From NCBI GenBank assembly GCA_041750285.1, contig JBGSZS010000002.1, positions 32,001-96,000 on the forward strand: a DNA stretch of 64,000 bases. Direction: 5' to 3'. Below the pieces are notes generated by a model that did no database searches, was not told where the DNA came from, and saw nothing but the letters and a program-made list of their open reading frames with translations. Origin of the DNA: Candidatus Fermentibacteraceae bacterium (GTDB lineage Bacteria > Fermentibacterota > Fermentibacteria > Fermentibacterales > JCC-6). Positions 1-9,008 of the stretch are shown in pieces (position 1 is the first letter of the stretch; each line of letters begins with the position of its first letter). A program made the translations under genes and the position numbers.

Positions 1-24
1 TGGGAGAGCAGGACGCCGCCGGGC
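1..24 (+). rRNA. rrf: 3' end of 5S rRNA (truncated by window edge)
   Basis: TGGGAGAGCAGGACGCCGCCGGGC matches the conserved bacterial 5S 3' terminus (…TGGGAGAGTAGG.CG.CGCCAGGC) and is followed by a strong terminator. Confidence 0.8.
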
Positions 25-36
25 AATATCAATGAG

Positions 37-72
37 AAGCCCCCTGGACGAAAGTTCAGGGGGCTTTTTTTT
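37..72 (+). terminator. Rho-independent terminator of the rRNA operon
   Basis: AAGCCCCCTGGAC-GAAA-GTTCAGGGGGCTT stem-loop running into a T8 tract. Confidence 0.9.
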
Positions 73-128
73 GCAGTTGCACGGAACATTGGTTGTAACC
101 GCGTTCTCATTGCGCTATTGTTCCGGCC

Positions 129-956
129 ATGGAACAGCCCGTTTCCCTGTCGGGGATCAAAGCCTACCTTTTCGATTCCCCCTTTGAAGGCAAGGGCATG
201 TCCCGTGCGTTCGGCTGGCTTGGTGAACTGGATGGGCTAAGCGTGCTTGACGCCGGCTGCGGTCATGGAGCCTTCACGGTCTATGCAGTTTCAAGGGGTG
301 CCGGAGCGGTTGGTCTCGATGTGCAAATGGCGGGGCTTGAGTTCGCGGCAGCCCAGAGCACAGGAATGAAGCTCCCCGCGTCGTTCGTGTGCGGCAGGTC
401 CGAGGACCTGCCCTTTCCCGATGGCTGCTTCGACCTGGTCCTGTCCCGCAGTACCCTGCAATACACGAACATTGCCACTGTCAACCATGAGTTGCTCAGG
501 GTTCTGAAACCGGGCGGAGCACTCGTCCTTGTCGAGAACATGGCTCACAATCCGTTCCTGCTTCTGTTCAGGGTCTTCCGCCGCCTGAGGCGAAACAGCG
601 TGAGGTTGGGCACATACGCCGGCAACGAAGCAGGGGTGATAAAAGGTTACGCAAGCGTCCGCCGGATGAGGGCGATGCTGTCGGGGCTGAGGGACGGCGG
701 TTGCTGCTTCTGCCACCTGTTCAGGCCATTGACCGTGGGTCTCGTAGAGCTGACCAGCCAGGCCCGATGGGCTCGGTATCTGGATCAATGCGTCGAACTG
801 CTGGACAGCTTTCTGCTCGGTTCGATCCCGCCCTTGAGATTGATGGCATGGTCGGGTTCGATATGGGGAAGGAAACCCGCCGGAAGCCAGGCCCGGATTC
901 CCGACACGGCTGTGGCATCGATCAAGTATCCGTCAGAGCCGGTCGACACGCCTTAG
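129..956 (+). CDS. Class I SAM-dependent methyltransferase
   Basis: VLDAGCGHG motif I, LPFPDGCFDLV, RVLKPGG. Confidence 0.85.
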   Translation: MEQPVSLSGIKAYLFDSPFEGKGMSRAFGWLGELDGLSVLDAGCGHGAFTVYAVSRGAGAVGLDVQMAGLEFAAAQSTGMKLPASFVCGRSEDLPFPDGCFDLVLSRSTLQYTNIATVNHELLRVLKPGGALVLVENMAHNPFLLLFRVFRRLRRNSVRLGTYAGNEAGVIKGYASVRRMRAMLSGLRDGGCCFCHLFRPLTVGLVELTSQARWARYLDQCVELLDSFLLGSIPPLRLMAWSGSIWGRKPAGSQARIPDTAVASIKYPSEPVDTP

Positions 957-2168
957 CTTCGGGAACAGGCGGCTCCACGCCGCAACCACCAGGAGCGTTC
1001 CGATACCACCGCTCACGACGGAGAACACGGGGCCAAGGGCGTGGGCCACTATGCCTGACTCGAACCCACCAAGCTCGTTTGACGAGCCAATGAACACGGA
1101 ATTGACCGCCGAGACCCGTCCGCGCATCTCGTTGGGGGTCCTGAGCTGGACCAGTGTCTGCCTGATCACCACGCTCACGTTGTCGAAGAAGCCGGTAAGG
1201 AAAAGCATGATCCACGAGAGCCAGAAGCTGCGGGAAAACCCGAAAACGACAGTGGCCAGGCCGAAGGCGGCCACGCACATGAACAGGGTTCGTCCGGCCC
1301 GTCTCATTGGAGGCATGTGCGCCAGTATGAGGGCCATCAGGACCGAACCCGCGGCTGGCGCCGCCCTGAGCCACCCCAGCACCTCCTCGGGGCTCGAACC
1401 AAGCGGAGGGTTGGTGATGATGTCCCGGGCGAACACCGGTAGAAGATAGACCGCTCCGCCGAGAAGAACGGCGAACAAGTCAAGGGAGATGGCACCCAGG
1501 ATTACCTGTCTCTTCCAGACGAAACGTATTCCCTCAGCGATCTGGCTCCAGACCTTGCCCCTGGGTATCCGTGTCGATTCGGGGATCTTCATCCCGGACA
1601 GAAGAAGCATGAAGATGATGGTGGTGACTGCGCTGAAAATGTAAGCAGCTGGCACGCTTTGTGTTATGATGATACCCCCCGCGGCCGGGCCCAGCACGGC
1701 TGAAAGCTGAAAGGCAGTGGTGCGCCATTTCACGGCATTCTCGAACATCTCCTTGGGTACGATGACCGGAAGGATCGCCGACCACGCAGGGTTGGCGAGC
1801 CTGTGAAAGGACGCATCGAGGAAAAGAAGCGCGAACATCCAACCTATCGAGCCACGGGTGATGCTGAATACCGCCAGCGCAACCGAAGTCAGGGTGGTCC
1901 CGATCATTCCGGCCATCATCACCTTCCGTCTGTCGTAGGCATCGGCAAGGTATCCCGCCGGAAGTGTGAAAAGCAGCATGGGTACGGCTAGTGTCAGCCC
2001 GATCAGCCCGAGGTAGAGAGCCTGATCGGTTCGCTGGTACATCTCCCAGCCTATTGCGAGGCTCTGGGCTGAAGCCCCGATGTGCACCAGGGTGTTGCCG
2101 AGCAGGAGGCTCCTGAACGCGGCGACCGAAAAGGCCCTGTAGGGAGAATCAGCCTTTTTCAGATCCAT
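933..2168 (-). CDS. MFS transporter (MFS_3/EntS-like)
   Basis: ~12 hydrophobic segments, GYLADAYDRRKVM motif A, TPNEMRGRV; start placed at MDLKK (2168). Confidence 0.9.
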   Translation of the reverse strand: MDLKKADSPYRAFSVAAFRSLLLGNTLVHIGASAQSLAIGWEMYQRTDQALYLGLIGLTLAVPMLLFTLPAGYLADAYDRRKVMMAGMIGTTLTSVALAVFSITRGSIGWMFALLFLDASFHRLANPAWSAILPVIVPKEMFENAVKWRTTAFQLSAVLGPAAGGIIITQSVPAAYIFSAVTTIIFMLLLSGMKIPESTRIPRGKVWSQIAEGIRFVWKRQVILGAISLDLFAVLLGGAVYLLPVFARDIITNPPLGSSPEEVLGWLRAAPAAGSVLMALILAHMPPMRRAGRTLFMCVAAFGLATVVFGFSRSFWLSWIMLFLTGFFDNVSVVIRQTLVQLRTPNEMRGRVSAVNSVFIGSSNELGGFESGIVAHALGPVFSVVSGGIGTLLVVAAWSRLFPKLRRVDRL

Positions 2169-2286
2169 TCCGCCATTCTCCCCCGGGCGCATCGCCGTTC
2201 GATGAGAACCGTTGCGCAGACAGCTGTTATGATTGCCTTCACCGTGTAATATAATCCGGCAGGAATCCGGGTTGCGCACCAGAAGG

Positions 2287-3255
2287 ATGGTCGGGATGAA
2301 TCAGGGTAATGAAGGAACGGCAAGCATCGACGATCTCAGGAAGCTGGACATGCTTCAGTGGGTGGACATCGCCTCTGTTCAGGGTCTCCTGCAGAACTGC
2401 CCGGTGATGTCCCTTCAGACGGGAGAGGCCCTCCTCAAGGCAGGAACGGCCAATCGCACGATGTTCATGGTCCTCGAGGGGCGGTTCGGGGTCTACCTCG
2501 ACTCAAACTGCCGGGAATGCATAGCCGAGATTCCGGCAGGGGGAACCGTCGGGGAGTTGTCGGTCATCGACGAGAGACCCACCTCGGCAACTGTCAAAGC
2601 ACTGGAGCCCGGCAGGGTCCTGGCGGTTGACGAAGACATGTTCTGGCTGATAGTGGCCGCTTCACACGCCTTCTCCGCGAACCTGCTGGTGCTTCTTTCC
2701 AGCCGCATGAGGGAAACCAACCGGGCTGTTGCCAAGAACATCAAGCTGAGGCAGAGGTTCGAGAACGAGGCAAAGGTCGACATTCTGACCGGTCTTCACA
2801 ACAGAAGATGGTTCGACGAGAACCTTCCGCGGATGGTGGGAAGACATGAGCGTACCCATCAGCCCCTGTCCCTCCTGATGATGGATGTGGATGGGTTCAA
2901 GAGATACAATGACACACATGGTCATCAGGCAGGTGACGCGGCGCTGGCCAGGATCGGCTCGGTTCTTGGCGCCAGGATGCGGCCTACGGACCTCACTGCC
3001 AGGTATGGCGGCGAGGAGTTCGTGGTGATGCTTCCCCAGACGGATTCCGCAGGTGCATTGGTGGCGGCGGAGCGGGTACGGAATGCTGTTGCCGCTGAAA
3101 CGCCGTCGCTGCTTCTCTCAGGTGAACACCTGACGATCTCGGTCGGGATCGCGCAGTTGTCGACCGGCGAGACCCCCGAGTCTTTCGTTGCCAGAGCCGA
3201 CGCAGCCCTTTACAGGGCCAAGGCAGCCGGCAGGAACAGGTCTGAGATGGATTGA
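2287..3255 (+). CDS. cNMP-binding domain + GGDEF diguanylate cyclase
   Basis: N-terminal GELSVID…SATVKA cNMP fold; D.LTGLHNRR, DVDGFKRYND, RPTD I-site, RYGGEEF. Confidence 0.9.
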   Translation: MVGMNQGNEGTASIDDLRKLDMLQWVDIASVQGLLQNCPVMSLQTGEALLKAGTANRTMFMVLEGRFGVYLDSNCRECIAEIPAGGTVGELSVIDERPTSATVKALEPGRVLAVDEDMFWLIVAASHAFSANLLVLLSSRMRETNRAVAKNIKLRQRFENEAKVDILTGLHNRRWFDENLPRMVGRHERTHQPLSLLMMDVDGFKRYNDTHGHQAGDAALARIGSVLGARMRPTDLTARYGGEEFVVMLPQTDSAGALVAAERVRNAVAAETPSLLLSGEHLTISVGIAQLSTGETPESFVARADAALYRAKAAGRNRSEMD

Positions 3256-3278
3256 GCCCCCGCCTTCATGACGGGGGC
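3256..3278. terminator. Hairpin between convergent genes
   Basis: GCCCCCG…CGGGGGC inverted repeat; no clear U-tract. Confidence 0.5.
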
Positions 3279-3288
3279 CCGGGTAACG

Positions 3289-4038
3289 TCAGAAGATGCA
3301 GAGAGCCGTGGTGCCTTCCCACGCGCTTCCGAGTGACTCGTACTCGCCTGTCATGGCATTGGTTTTCCAGAGGGAGCCCTGCCAGACGCAATAGACATGA
3401 TTGCCCCATGCGCCGAGTTCTGTGGCGCCCTCGTACCCGCCGCCGAGGCTCTCATAGTCTCCCGTGAAGGGGTCGACCCTGTAAAGCACGTCGCCCTGGA
3501 TCACGAAAAGCGCATCGGATGTTCCAGCCATGGCGGTGGTGCCCTGATAGCTGGAGGGCAGTTCGGTGAACTCGCCGGTCACGGGATCGGTACGGTAGAG
3601 ATAACCGTTCTGAAGCACCATCAGGGCGCCGCCTGCCCATGCCAGGTGGGTCGTTCCGACGTAGTCGCCGGGAACGGTTTCCCAGTCACCGTTCGAGGGG
3701 TCGATCCGGTAGATCAGATCGTTCTGGGCGGCGTAAAGCCAGCCCTGCCCTCCCGTGAGGGCGACCGTGCCGGTCCAGAGGTCGGTGAGTGCAGTCCAGG
3801 AGCCGCTTCTGTCCACTTTGTAAAGGCCGTCGCCCTGAATGGCGTACATGCTGCCGGAGCAGGACGCGAGGAGCTCGGTGCCGGCCCAGGTGTCGGACAG
3901 GGCAGTCCATGTGCCTGTGTTGGGGTCGGCCTGATACAGGACGTCGTCCTGGATGGCGTAGATGAACTCGGCCTGCGACAATGGAACGTGAAGGACGAAA
4001 ACGAGGGCTGCCACGGTCATGAGGCACGCATTCTTCAC
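3289..4038 (-). CDS. Secreted six-repeat beta-propeller-like protein
   Basis: GTG start with GGAGAG RBS, signal peptide, six ~38-aa repeats (Y/F.IQ...LY..DP.TG.W/Y..L...W/Y.GT). Confidence 0.75.
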   Translation of the reverse strand: MKNACLMTVAALVFVLHVPLSQAEFIYAIQDDVLYQADPNTGTWTALSDTWAGTELLASCSGSMYAIQGDGLYKVDRSGSWTALTDLWTGTVALTGGQGWLYAAQNDLIYRIDPSNGDWETVPGDYVGTTHLAWAGGALMVLQNGYLYRTDPVTGEFTELPSSYQGTTAMAGTSDALFVIQGDVLYRVDPFTGDYESLGGGYEGATELGAWGNHVYCVWQGSLWKTNAMTGEYESLGSAWEGTTALCIF

Positions 4039-4069
4039 AGTCTCTCCTTTCGGCTGGGGTTCAACCGGA

Positions 4070-4855
4070 TTATAGCAGCACCGGAAGGTTTTTCAAGCGG
4101 CCCGCCTCGCACTTCCAACCCGGCATGACCGTGTCCAGCAGATGTTTGAAACCGGGTCCGTGATCGTGGTGAAGTGTGTGGCACAACTCGTGAACGACAA
4201 CGTAGTCGATGCACGTGAGTGGTGCCTTCACCAGCTGCGTGTTGAAGACTATCGAGTTTCCGCGTGAGCAGCTGCCCCATCTGCTTCTCATCCACCTGAA
4301 CCGCACCTCGTGACGGGGCAGGACCGGCAACCGGGGGCTCCATACCCCCAGCCTTTCACCGATGATTGTTTCCGCCTGCTTCCTGTACCATCGGCGAGCA
4401 GTTCTCTCGAGCGTCTCCGGGTTTTCCGGGGCCGGACATGAGACCACGATCCTTCCCTCCGAAAGGGTCACCCCGTATCGACCAGCCCTTACGGGAACAA
4501 GTGTGAAGGGGTTGCCCAGGAAGTGGTGTACGGCACCGGGCAGGTAGATCGCCGGAAGGGGCGGTGCCACGGCAAGCCGTTCCAGATGCCGGGTGATCCA
4601 CCCGCTCTTTTCCAGAAGAACCTTTTCCACAAAGGCTGTCTCCGTCGCAAGAGGTGCGGTGACCCGAACCCTGCCGTCCGGTCGGATCCTTATCGTGATC
4701 CGCTTTCTGGGCTCGAAGACGACCTCGGCCATGATCGCGCCGACCGGAGCCGGAAGCGCAAGTTCGATCGACCTCGGCGGGCTGTTCCTTTCATGGTGTG
4801 CGAAGGGGAACGGGCGGCTCCATCCGGTTCCTCCCCTGTCAGTAGCCGAGTTCAA
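4070..4855 (-). CDS. YgjP/DUF45-like zinc metallohydrolase
   Basis: MRSRWGSCS, IDYVVVHELCH, HGPGF motifs; start uncertain (4855 or 4732). Confidence 0.85.
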   Translation of the reverse strand: MNSATDRGGTGWSRPFPFAHHERNSPPRSIELALPAPVGAIMAEVVFEPRKRITIRIRPDGRVRVTAPLATETAFVEKVLLEKSGWITRHLERLAVAPPLPAIYLPGAVHHFLGNPFTLVPVRAGRYGVTLSEGRIVVSCPAPENPETLERTARRWYRKQAETIIGERLGVWSPRLPVLPRHEVRFRWMRSRWGSCSRGNSIVFNTQLVKAPLTCIDYVVVHELCHTLHHDHGPGFKHLLDTVMPGWKCEAGRLKNLPVLL

Positions 4856-5780
4856 CGTTCACCGGGTTTGGAACAGGCTTGCCTTCCGCTGCGGAAATGA
4901 TCGCCCGGACGATCTCCAGGGTCCTTTTCCGCTCGAGCTCCGGAACACCGTAGGCACCGGCGCGATGAGGGCTCATAACAACGTTGGGCAGCTCGTGGAA
5001 AGGCATGTTTGATGGCATGGTGTTTTCGGGGTCTCCAGGGTACCTGTACCAGACATCAAGGCCGGCGGCTCCTATTTCGCCCCTGGCCAGAGCGTTGTAG
5101 AGGGGTTCCTCCGAGATAACTTCCGCCCGCCCCACATTCACCAGCACGCTCCGGCGGTGCATCAGGGAAAGTTGATGCGCGCCTATCATGTCACGGGTCT
5201 CCCCTGTCAGCGGCAGGCAGCATGCCAGGAAATCGGTCTTCTCAAGGAACTCGTCAAGAACTTCAGGGAGGTGAATCGCCGGGTCGGGATCGGGGTTTCT
5301 CCGAATGCCATCAACGGTTGCCCCGAGCGCTTCGCAACCCCTTCGCAGAAGGGTTCCGATGTTTCCGTACCCCAGTATGAGAACCCTGGACCCCCCAAGC
5401 AGAATTGTACTGCCCGGGGAGTATCTTGGAGACCAGTCACCCCTTCGCAGGGCCGTGTCGGCAACGTTAAGCCCCCGTGCGGCGGCGAGCATGAGGGCAA
5501 GCGCGGTTTCGGATGCAGCCCCGGCGTTGTGGTGAAGGTTGTGAACCCTGATGGACCGGAAGTCACGAAGAAGGTCGAGGGTCTGCACGGGAACGCCAGC
5601 GAAGGGCAGCAGAAGGATTGAAGGTGAGCAGCAGCGAAGAAGCTCGGCTGTGGGTCTTCCCGACACCACCATGTCCACCGGTGACGGAATCCGGCCTATG
5701 ACGATGCCGCCAGGCAGACGGGCTTCGATTTCGGCGAGTTGATCGGCGTTCCAATCCCCGGGCACGTGAACTCGGTACAT
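4839..5780 (-). CDS. D-isomer-specific 2-hydroxyacid dehydrogenase family protein
   Basis: ILGYGNIG, LPLTGET, VNVGRA, GLDVW, SPHRAG. Confidence 0.9.
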   Translation of the reverse strand: MYRVHVPGDWNADQLAEIEARLPGGIVIGRIPSPVDMVVSGRPTAELLRCCSPSILLLPFAGVPVQTLDLLRDFRSIRVHNLHHNAGAASETALALMLAAARGLNVADTALRRGDWSPRYSPGSTILLGGSRVLILGYGNIGTLLRRGCEALGATVDGIRRNPDPDPAIHLPEVLDEFLEKTDFLACCLPLTGETRDMIGAHQLSLMHRRSVLVNVGRAEVISEEPLYNALARGEIGAAGLDVWYRYPGDPENTMPSNMPFHELPNVVMSPHRAGAYGVPELERKRTLEIVRAIISAAEGKPVPNPVNVELGY

Positions 5781-5792
5781 CCCTTATTCCCG

Positions 5793-6482
5793 TCAGATTC
5801 GGACGGTCACCTCGGAAGCATACTTCCTGGCCTCGTCCGCCAGATCCTCCAGCATCAGGGTGGGATACGGTTTGAGATCGCTCATGGACCGGGAAAGGGT
5901 TTTTCCGGGTCTGAACTGCTGGATGACGAACCGTTTCACCGGACCCAGAACGGACAGTATCTCCCTGATGTCATCGGGCGTCACCAGGTCGGGAACCATT
6001 GTGGTCCTGAATTCGTAGTCACTGAAACCCTTGACGATCTCCACGCTTTCCGACACATCGGAGAATCTCGCGCCCCCCCCGGTGGCCAGGGGATACTTGT
6101 CAGGGGATGTCTTGATGTCCATGGCGACGTAGTTCACGTGAGGCAGGGAATCCGCGAGCCGGTCGGGGAACGTTCCGTTGGTGTCCAGTTTCACGAGAAG
6201 ACCGGTTTCCGTGCATATCCTTCCAAGAAGCCCAACCGTCTCCCGGTGGAACAGGGGCTCCCCACCAGTGACTGACACTGCGTCGATGAAGCCCCTTCTT
6301 TTATGAAGCGATTGCACGACGTCGTCATCGCTGATGGAGAACTGATGGTCAAGAAGGTCGGGCAGAACCAGTTCCGGATTATGGCAGAAGGGGCATGAGA
6401 GGTTGCATCCCCCAGAGAAGATGACGGCGCTTATCCTGCCCGGATACTCTATCAGGCTTGTTCCGACTATGGAGCGGATCAA
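5793..6482 (-). CDS. nrdG: Anaerobic ribonucleotide reductase activating enzyme (radical SAM)
   Basis: GCNLSCPFCHNPEL (CxxxCxxC), TGGEP, KLDTNG, EFRTT; downstream of nrdD. Confidence 0.9.
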   Translation of the reverse strand: MIRSIVGTSLIEYPGRISAVIFSGGCNLSCPFCHNPELVLPDLLDHQFSISDDDVVQSLHKRRGFIDAVSVTGGEPLFHRETVGLLGRICTETGLLVKLDTNGTFPDRLADSLPHVNYVAMDIKTSPDKYPLATGGGARFSDVSESVEIVKGFSDYEFRTTMVPDLVTPDDIREILSVLGPVKRFVIQQFRPGKTLSRSMSDLKPYPTLMLEDLADEARKYASEVTVRI

Positions 6483-6631
6483 TCCTTCTTGTCCTTTTCT
6501 TCCGGTTCGATGTCAACGTATTCCCTGAGGCTGAACTCCTCCTGCTTGCCACGGTTCCAGTCCTGAACCGGTCTGTAGTAGCCAACGACGCGGGAGTATA
6601 TCTCGGTCTTTACTGCCTTCACCTTCTCCAT
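6479..6631 (-). CDS. 50-aa stand-alone NrdD C-terminal glycyl-radical peptide (absent from ORF track)
   Basis: Manual translation MEKVKAVKTEIYSRVVGYYRPVQDWNRGKQEEFSLREYVDIEPEEKDKKD*; start overlaps the nrdD stop (TGATG) and stop overlaps the nrdG TTG start. Confidence 0.9.
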   Translation of the reverse strand: MEKVKAVKTEIYSRVVGYYRPVQDWNRGKQEEFSLREYVDIEPEEKDKKD

Positions 6632-8745
6632 CACAACTCCACCTTGTCCATGTTGAGAAACAGGCTTCCCTGCTTCACCGTCTGCCGTTCATCGGCCAGT
6701 GTTCTGTAACTTCCCTCGGGGAGCGGTTCGGTGCAGTCCAGCACCTCGCCGTAGATTTCCAGTTCCTCGTCGCTGTGGGGGTGGGGGCATAAGCCGTGCT
6801 CGCCGGCGATGTACCCATGCACGGGGCAGACGCTGAACGTGGGAGTGAAGCTGAAGTAGGGGAGATGGAAACGGCTGACGATCCTCTTCGCCAGCGTCCT
6901 GACCATCCTCCAGTCCCTGATCGCTTCCCCCATGAAGATGTGCACCACGGTTCCCCCCGTGAACTTCGTCTGAAGAGGGTCCTGGTGTTCGAGAAGGCTG
7001 TAGACGTCCATCGGAGTGCTCACCGGAAGATGAACCGAGTTGGTGTAGAAGGGGTTGGAACAGCCCTGGGTGACTATGCCGGGGAATTGCTGGATGTCCT
7101 TGTTGGCCAGACTGTAACTTGCCCCCTCAGCCGGCGATGCCTCGAGATTGTAGAAATTGCCGGTGGTCTGCTGGAACTCTTCGAGCTTGACCCTCATGAA
7201 ATCAAGTACCTGTATCGCCCAGTTCCTCGATTCCTCGGATGAAATGCCCGAACCGAGGAAGTTGAGGCACGCCTCGTTCATGCCGATGAGCCCTATCGTG
7301 CTGAAGTGGTTGGCCCAGTAGCTGCCCGAAGCCTCACGGACCTCGGACAGGTAGTGCCTCGTGTATGGATAGAGCCCCCGCTCGGTGAGTTCCTCGATGA
7401 ACTTCCGTTTCAGCTCAAGGGATTCCCTGGCAGCTTCCATCACCGAGGCGAGACGGCTTTCAAAACGTTCCATGCTTCCCCTGGTCATGTAGGCTATGCG
7501 GGGGAGGTTTATGGTCACGACGCCTATGGATCCGGTCAGTGGGTTTGCGCCGAACAACCCGCCGCCCCGCCGCCTGAGTTCCCTGTTGTCCAGGCGGAGG
7601 CGGCAGCACATGCTCCTTGCGTCCTCCGGGTTCATGTCCGAGTTGACGAAGTTGCTGAAGTAGGGGATGCCATACTTTCCCGTCATCTCCCAGAGAGGCT
7701 GGAGTTCGTCGTCATCCCAGTCGAAATCGCGTGTGAGGTTGTAGGTCGGGATGGGGAACGTGAAGATTCTTCCCCTGGCGTCGCCCTTCATCATGAGGTC
7801 GCAGAAGGCCCGGTTGAAGAGGTTCATCTCCTCCTGGAACTCGCCGTAGGTTTCGGATCTCTCCTCACCCCCGACGACAACCTTCATGTCGCGATGGGTC
7901 ACCGGAACCCTGAGGTCCATGGTGATGTTTGTGAAAGGGGTCTGAAAACCGACCCGCGTGGGGATGTTCACGTTGAAGAGGAACTCCTGTATGCACTGCC
8001 TTACCCTCTTGTAGTCGAGCCCGTCATATCTGATGTAGGGCGCCAGAAGGGTGTCGAAATTGCTGAACGCCTGGGCGCCTGCAGCCTCGCCTTGAAGAGT
8101 GTAGAAAAAGTTCACGACCTGCCCCAGAGCTGTCCTGAGATGTGCGGGCGGGGATGACTCGATCTTTCCCCTGGCTCCCCTGAATCCCTCCCGGAGCAGG
8201 GTTTGGAGGTCCCATCCCACGCAGTAGGGTCCGAGGATCCCCAGATCGTGGATGTGGACATCCCCGTTTTCCTGGTACTCCCGGATTCTTGGTGTGTATA
8301 TCTTTGTCAACCAGTACCTTGCGGTGATGGATGAGGAAAGGTAGAAGTTCAGCCCCTGAAGGCTGTAGTTCATGTTGCTGTTTTCGTTTACGCGCCAGTC
8401 CTGGCGGCCCAGGTAGTCTGCGATGAGGTTGTCCACACCGCTGAAGATCGAGTTGACCTCCCTGGCCTCGTTGCGTTTTTCCCGGTAGAGGATGAACTGC
8501 TTTGCCGCAGCGGGAAGATTCCGGAGGATGAGGGTTTCCTCGATGCAGTCCTGTATCCTCTCGACGGTCGGGATGGTTCCGCCCTTGAAGTAGTTCATGT
8601 ACAGGGACGTTTCGACCTGGTCAGCCATCTCCCGCGGCACGCCCGGGGTCTCCGAGGCTTCGAGGGCCTTTCTGATGGCCTGCTCTATCTTGACTTTTCC
8701 GTATGCCTGTATTGAACCGTCGCGTTTTCTGACAAGCCAGTCCAT
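6631..8745 (-). CDS. nrdD: Class III anaerobic ribonucleoside-triphosphate reductase, ATP-cone + catalytic barrel, lacking the Gly-radical tail
   Basis: VRKRDG ATP cone, HIHDL, YCVGW, RSMCCRL, YTNS, FTGGT, CPVHGY; no SRxxGY motif in this ORF. Confidence 0.92.
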   Translation of the reverse strand: MDWLVRKRDGSIQAYGKVKIEQAIRKALEASETPGVPREMADQVETSLYMNYFKGGTIPTVERIQDCIEETLILRNLPAAAKQFILYREKRNEAREVNSIFSGVDNLIADYLGRQDWRVNENSNMNYSLQGLNFYLSSSITARYWLTKIYTPRIREYQENGDVHIHDLGILGPYCVGWDLQTLLREGFRGARGKIESSPPAHLRTALGQVVNFFYTLQGEAAGAQAFSNFDTLLAPYIRYDGLDYKRVRQCIQEFLFNVNIPTRVGFQTPFTNITMDLRVPVTHRDMKVVVGGEERSETYGEFQEEMNLFNRAFCDLMMKGDARGRIFTFPIPTYNLTRDFDWDDDELQPLWEMTGKYGIPYFSNFVNSDMNPEDARSMCCRLRLDNRELRRRGGGLFGANPLTGSIGVVTINLPRIAYMTRGSMERFESRLASVMEAARESLELKRKFIEELTERGLYPYTRHYLSEVREASGSYWANHFSTIGLIGMNEACLNFLGSGISSEESRNWAIQVLDFMRVKLEEFQQTTGNFYNLEASPAEGASYSLANKDIQQFPGIVTQGCSNPFYTNSVHLPVSTPMDVYSLLEHQDPLQTKFTGGTVVHIFMGEAIRDWRMVRTLAKRIVSRFHLPYFSFTPTFSVCPVHGYIAGEHGLCPHPHSDEELEIYGEVLDCTEPLPEGSYRTLADERQTVKQGSLFLNMDKVEL

Positions 8746-8822
8746 CACCCCTCCCCCGAGCTTTTTTGCCTCCCCTGACAGAGGCGAAGATAACAGTATG
8801 ACAACCCGGGTCAAGGGAAACA

Positions 8823-8870
8823 CCACAACAGGTTGTGTTGAAGATGATGCGCGACATCTATATATAGAGC
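8823..8870. promoter_or_regulatory. Tandem NrdR boxes upstream of nrdD
   Basis: CCACAACAGGTTGTGT (8823-8838) and CATCTATATATAGAGC (8855-8870), 32 bp apart; fit consensus acaCwAtATaTwGtg. Confidence 0.75.
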
Positions 8871-8967
8871 TATCTTGTTCATCTCCAAGTACATGCGGTT
8901 TTCGTCCACGGATGAGGCTTTTCCGCGGCGACAGGGAGCCTTTTTCCCGCTTTGCCCTGACCTTCGA

Positions 8968-8983
8968 ATACAATATGTTGTGG
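8968..8983. promoter_or_regulatory. Third NrdR-box-like site
   Basis: ATACAATATGTTGTGG. Confidence 0.65.
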
Positions 8984-9008
8984 CTGGCGGTGGAGGCGCC
9001 CCTTTCAT

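Noticed and set aside
6631..8745. nrdD pseudogene
   Set aside because: The missing motif is encoded by a coupled ORF with its own ATG, and NrdR boxes and nrdG are intact
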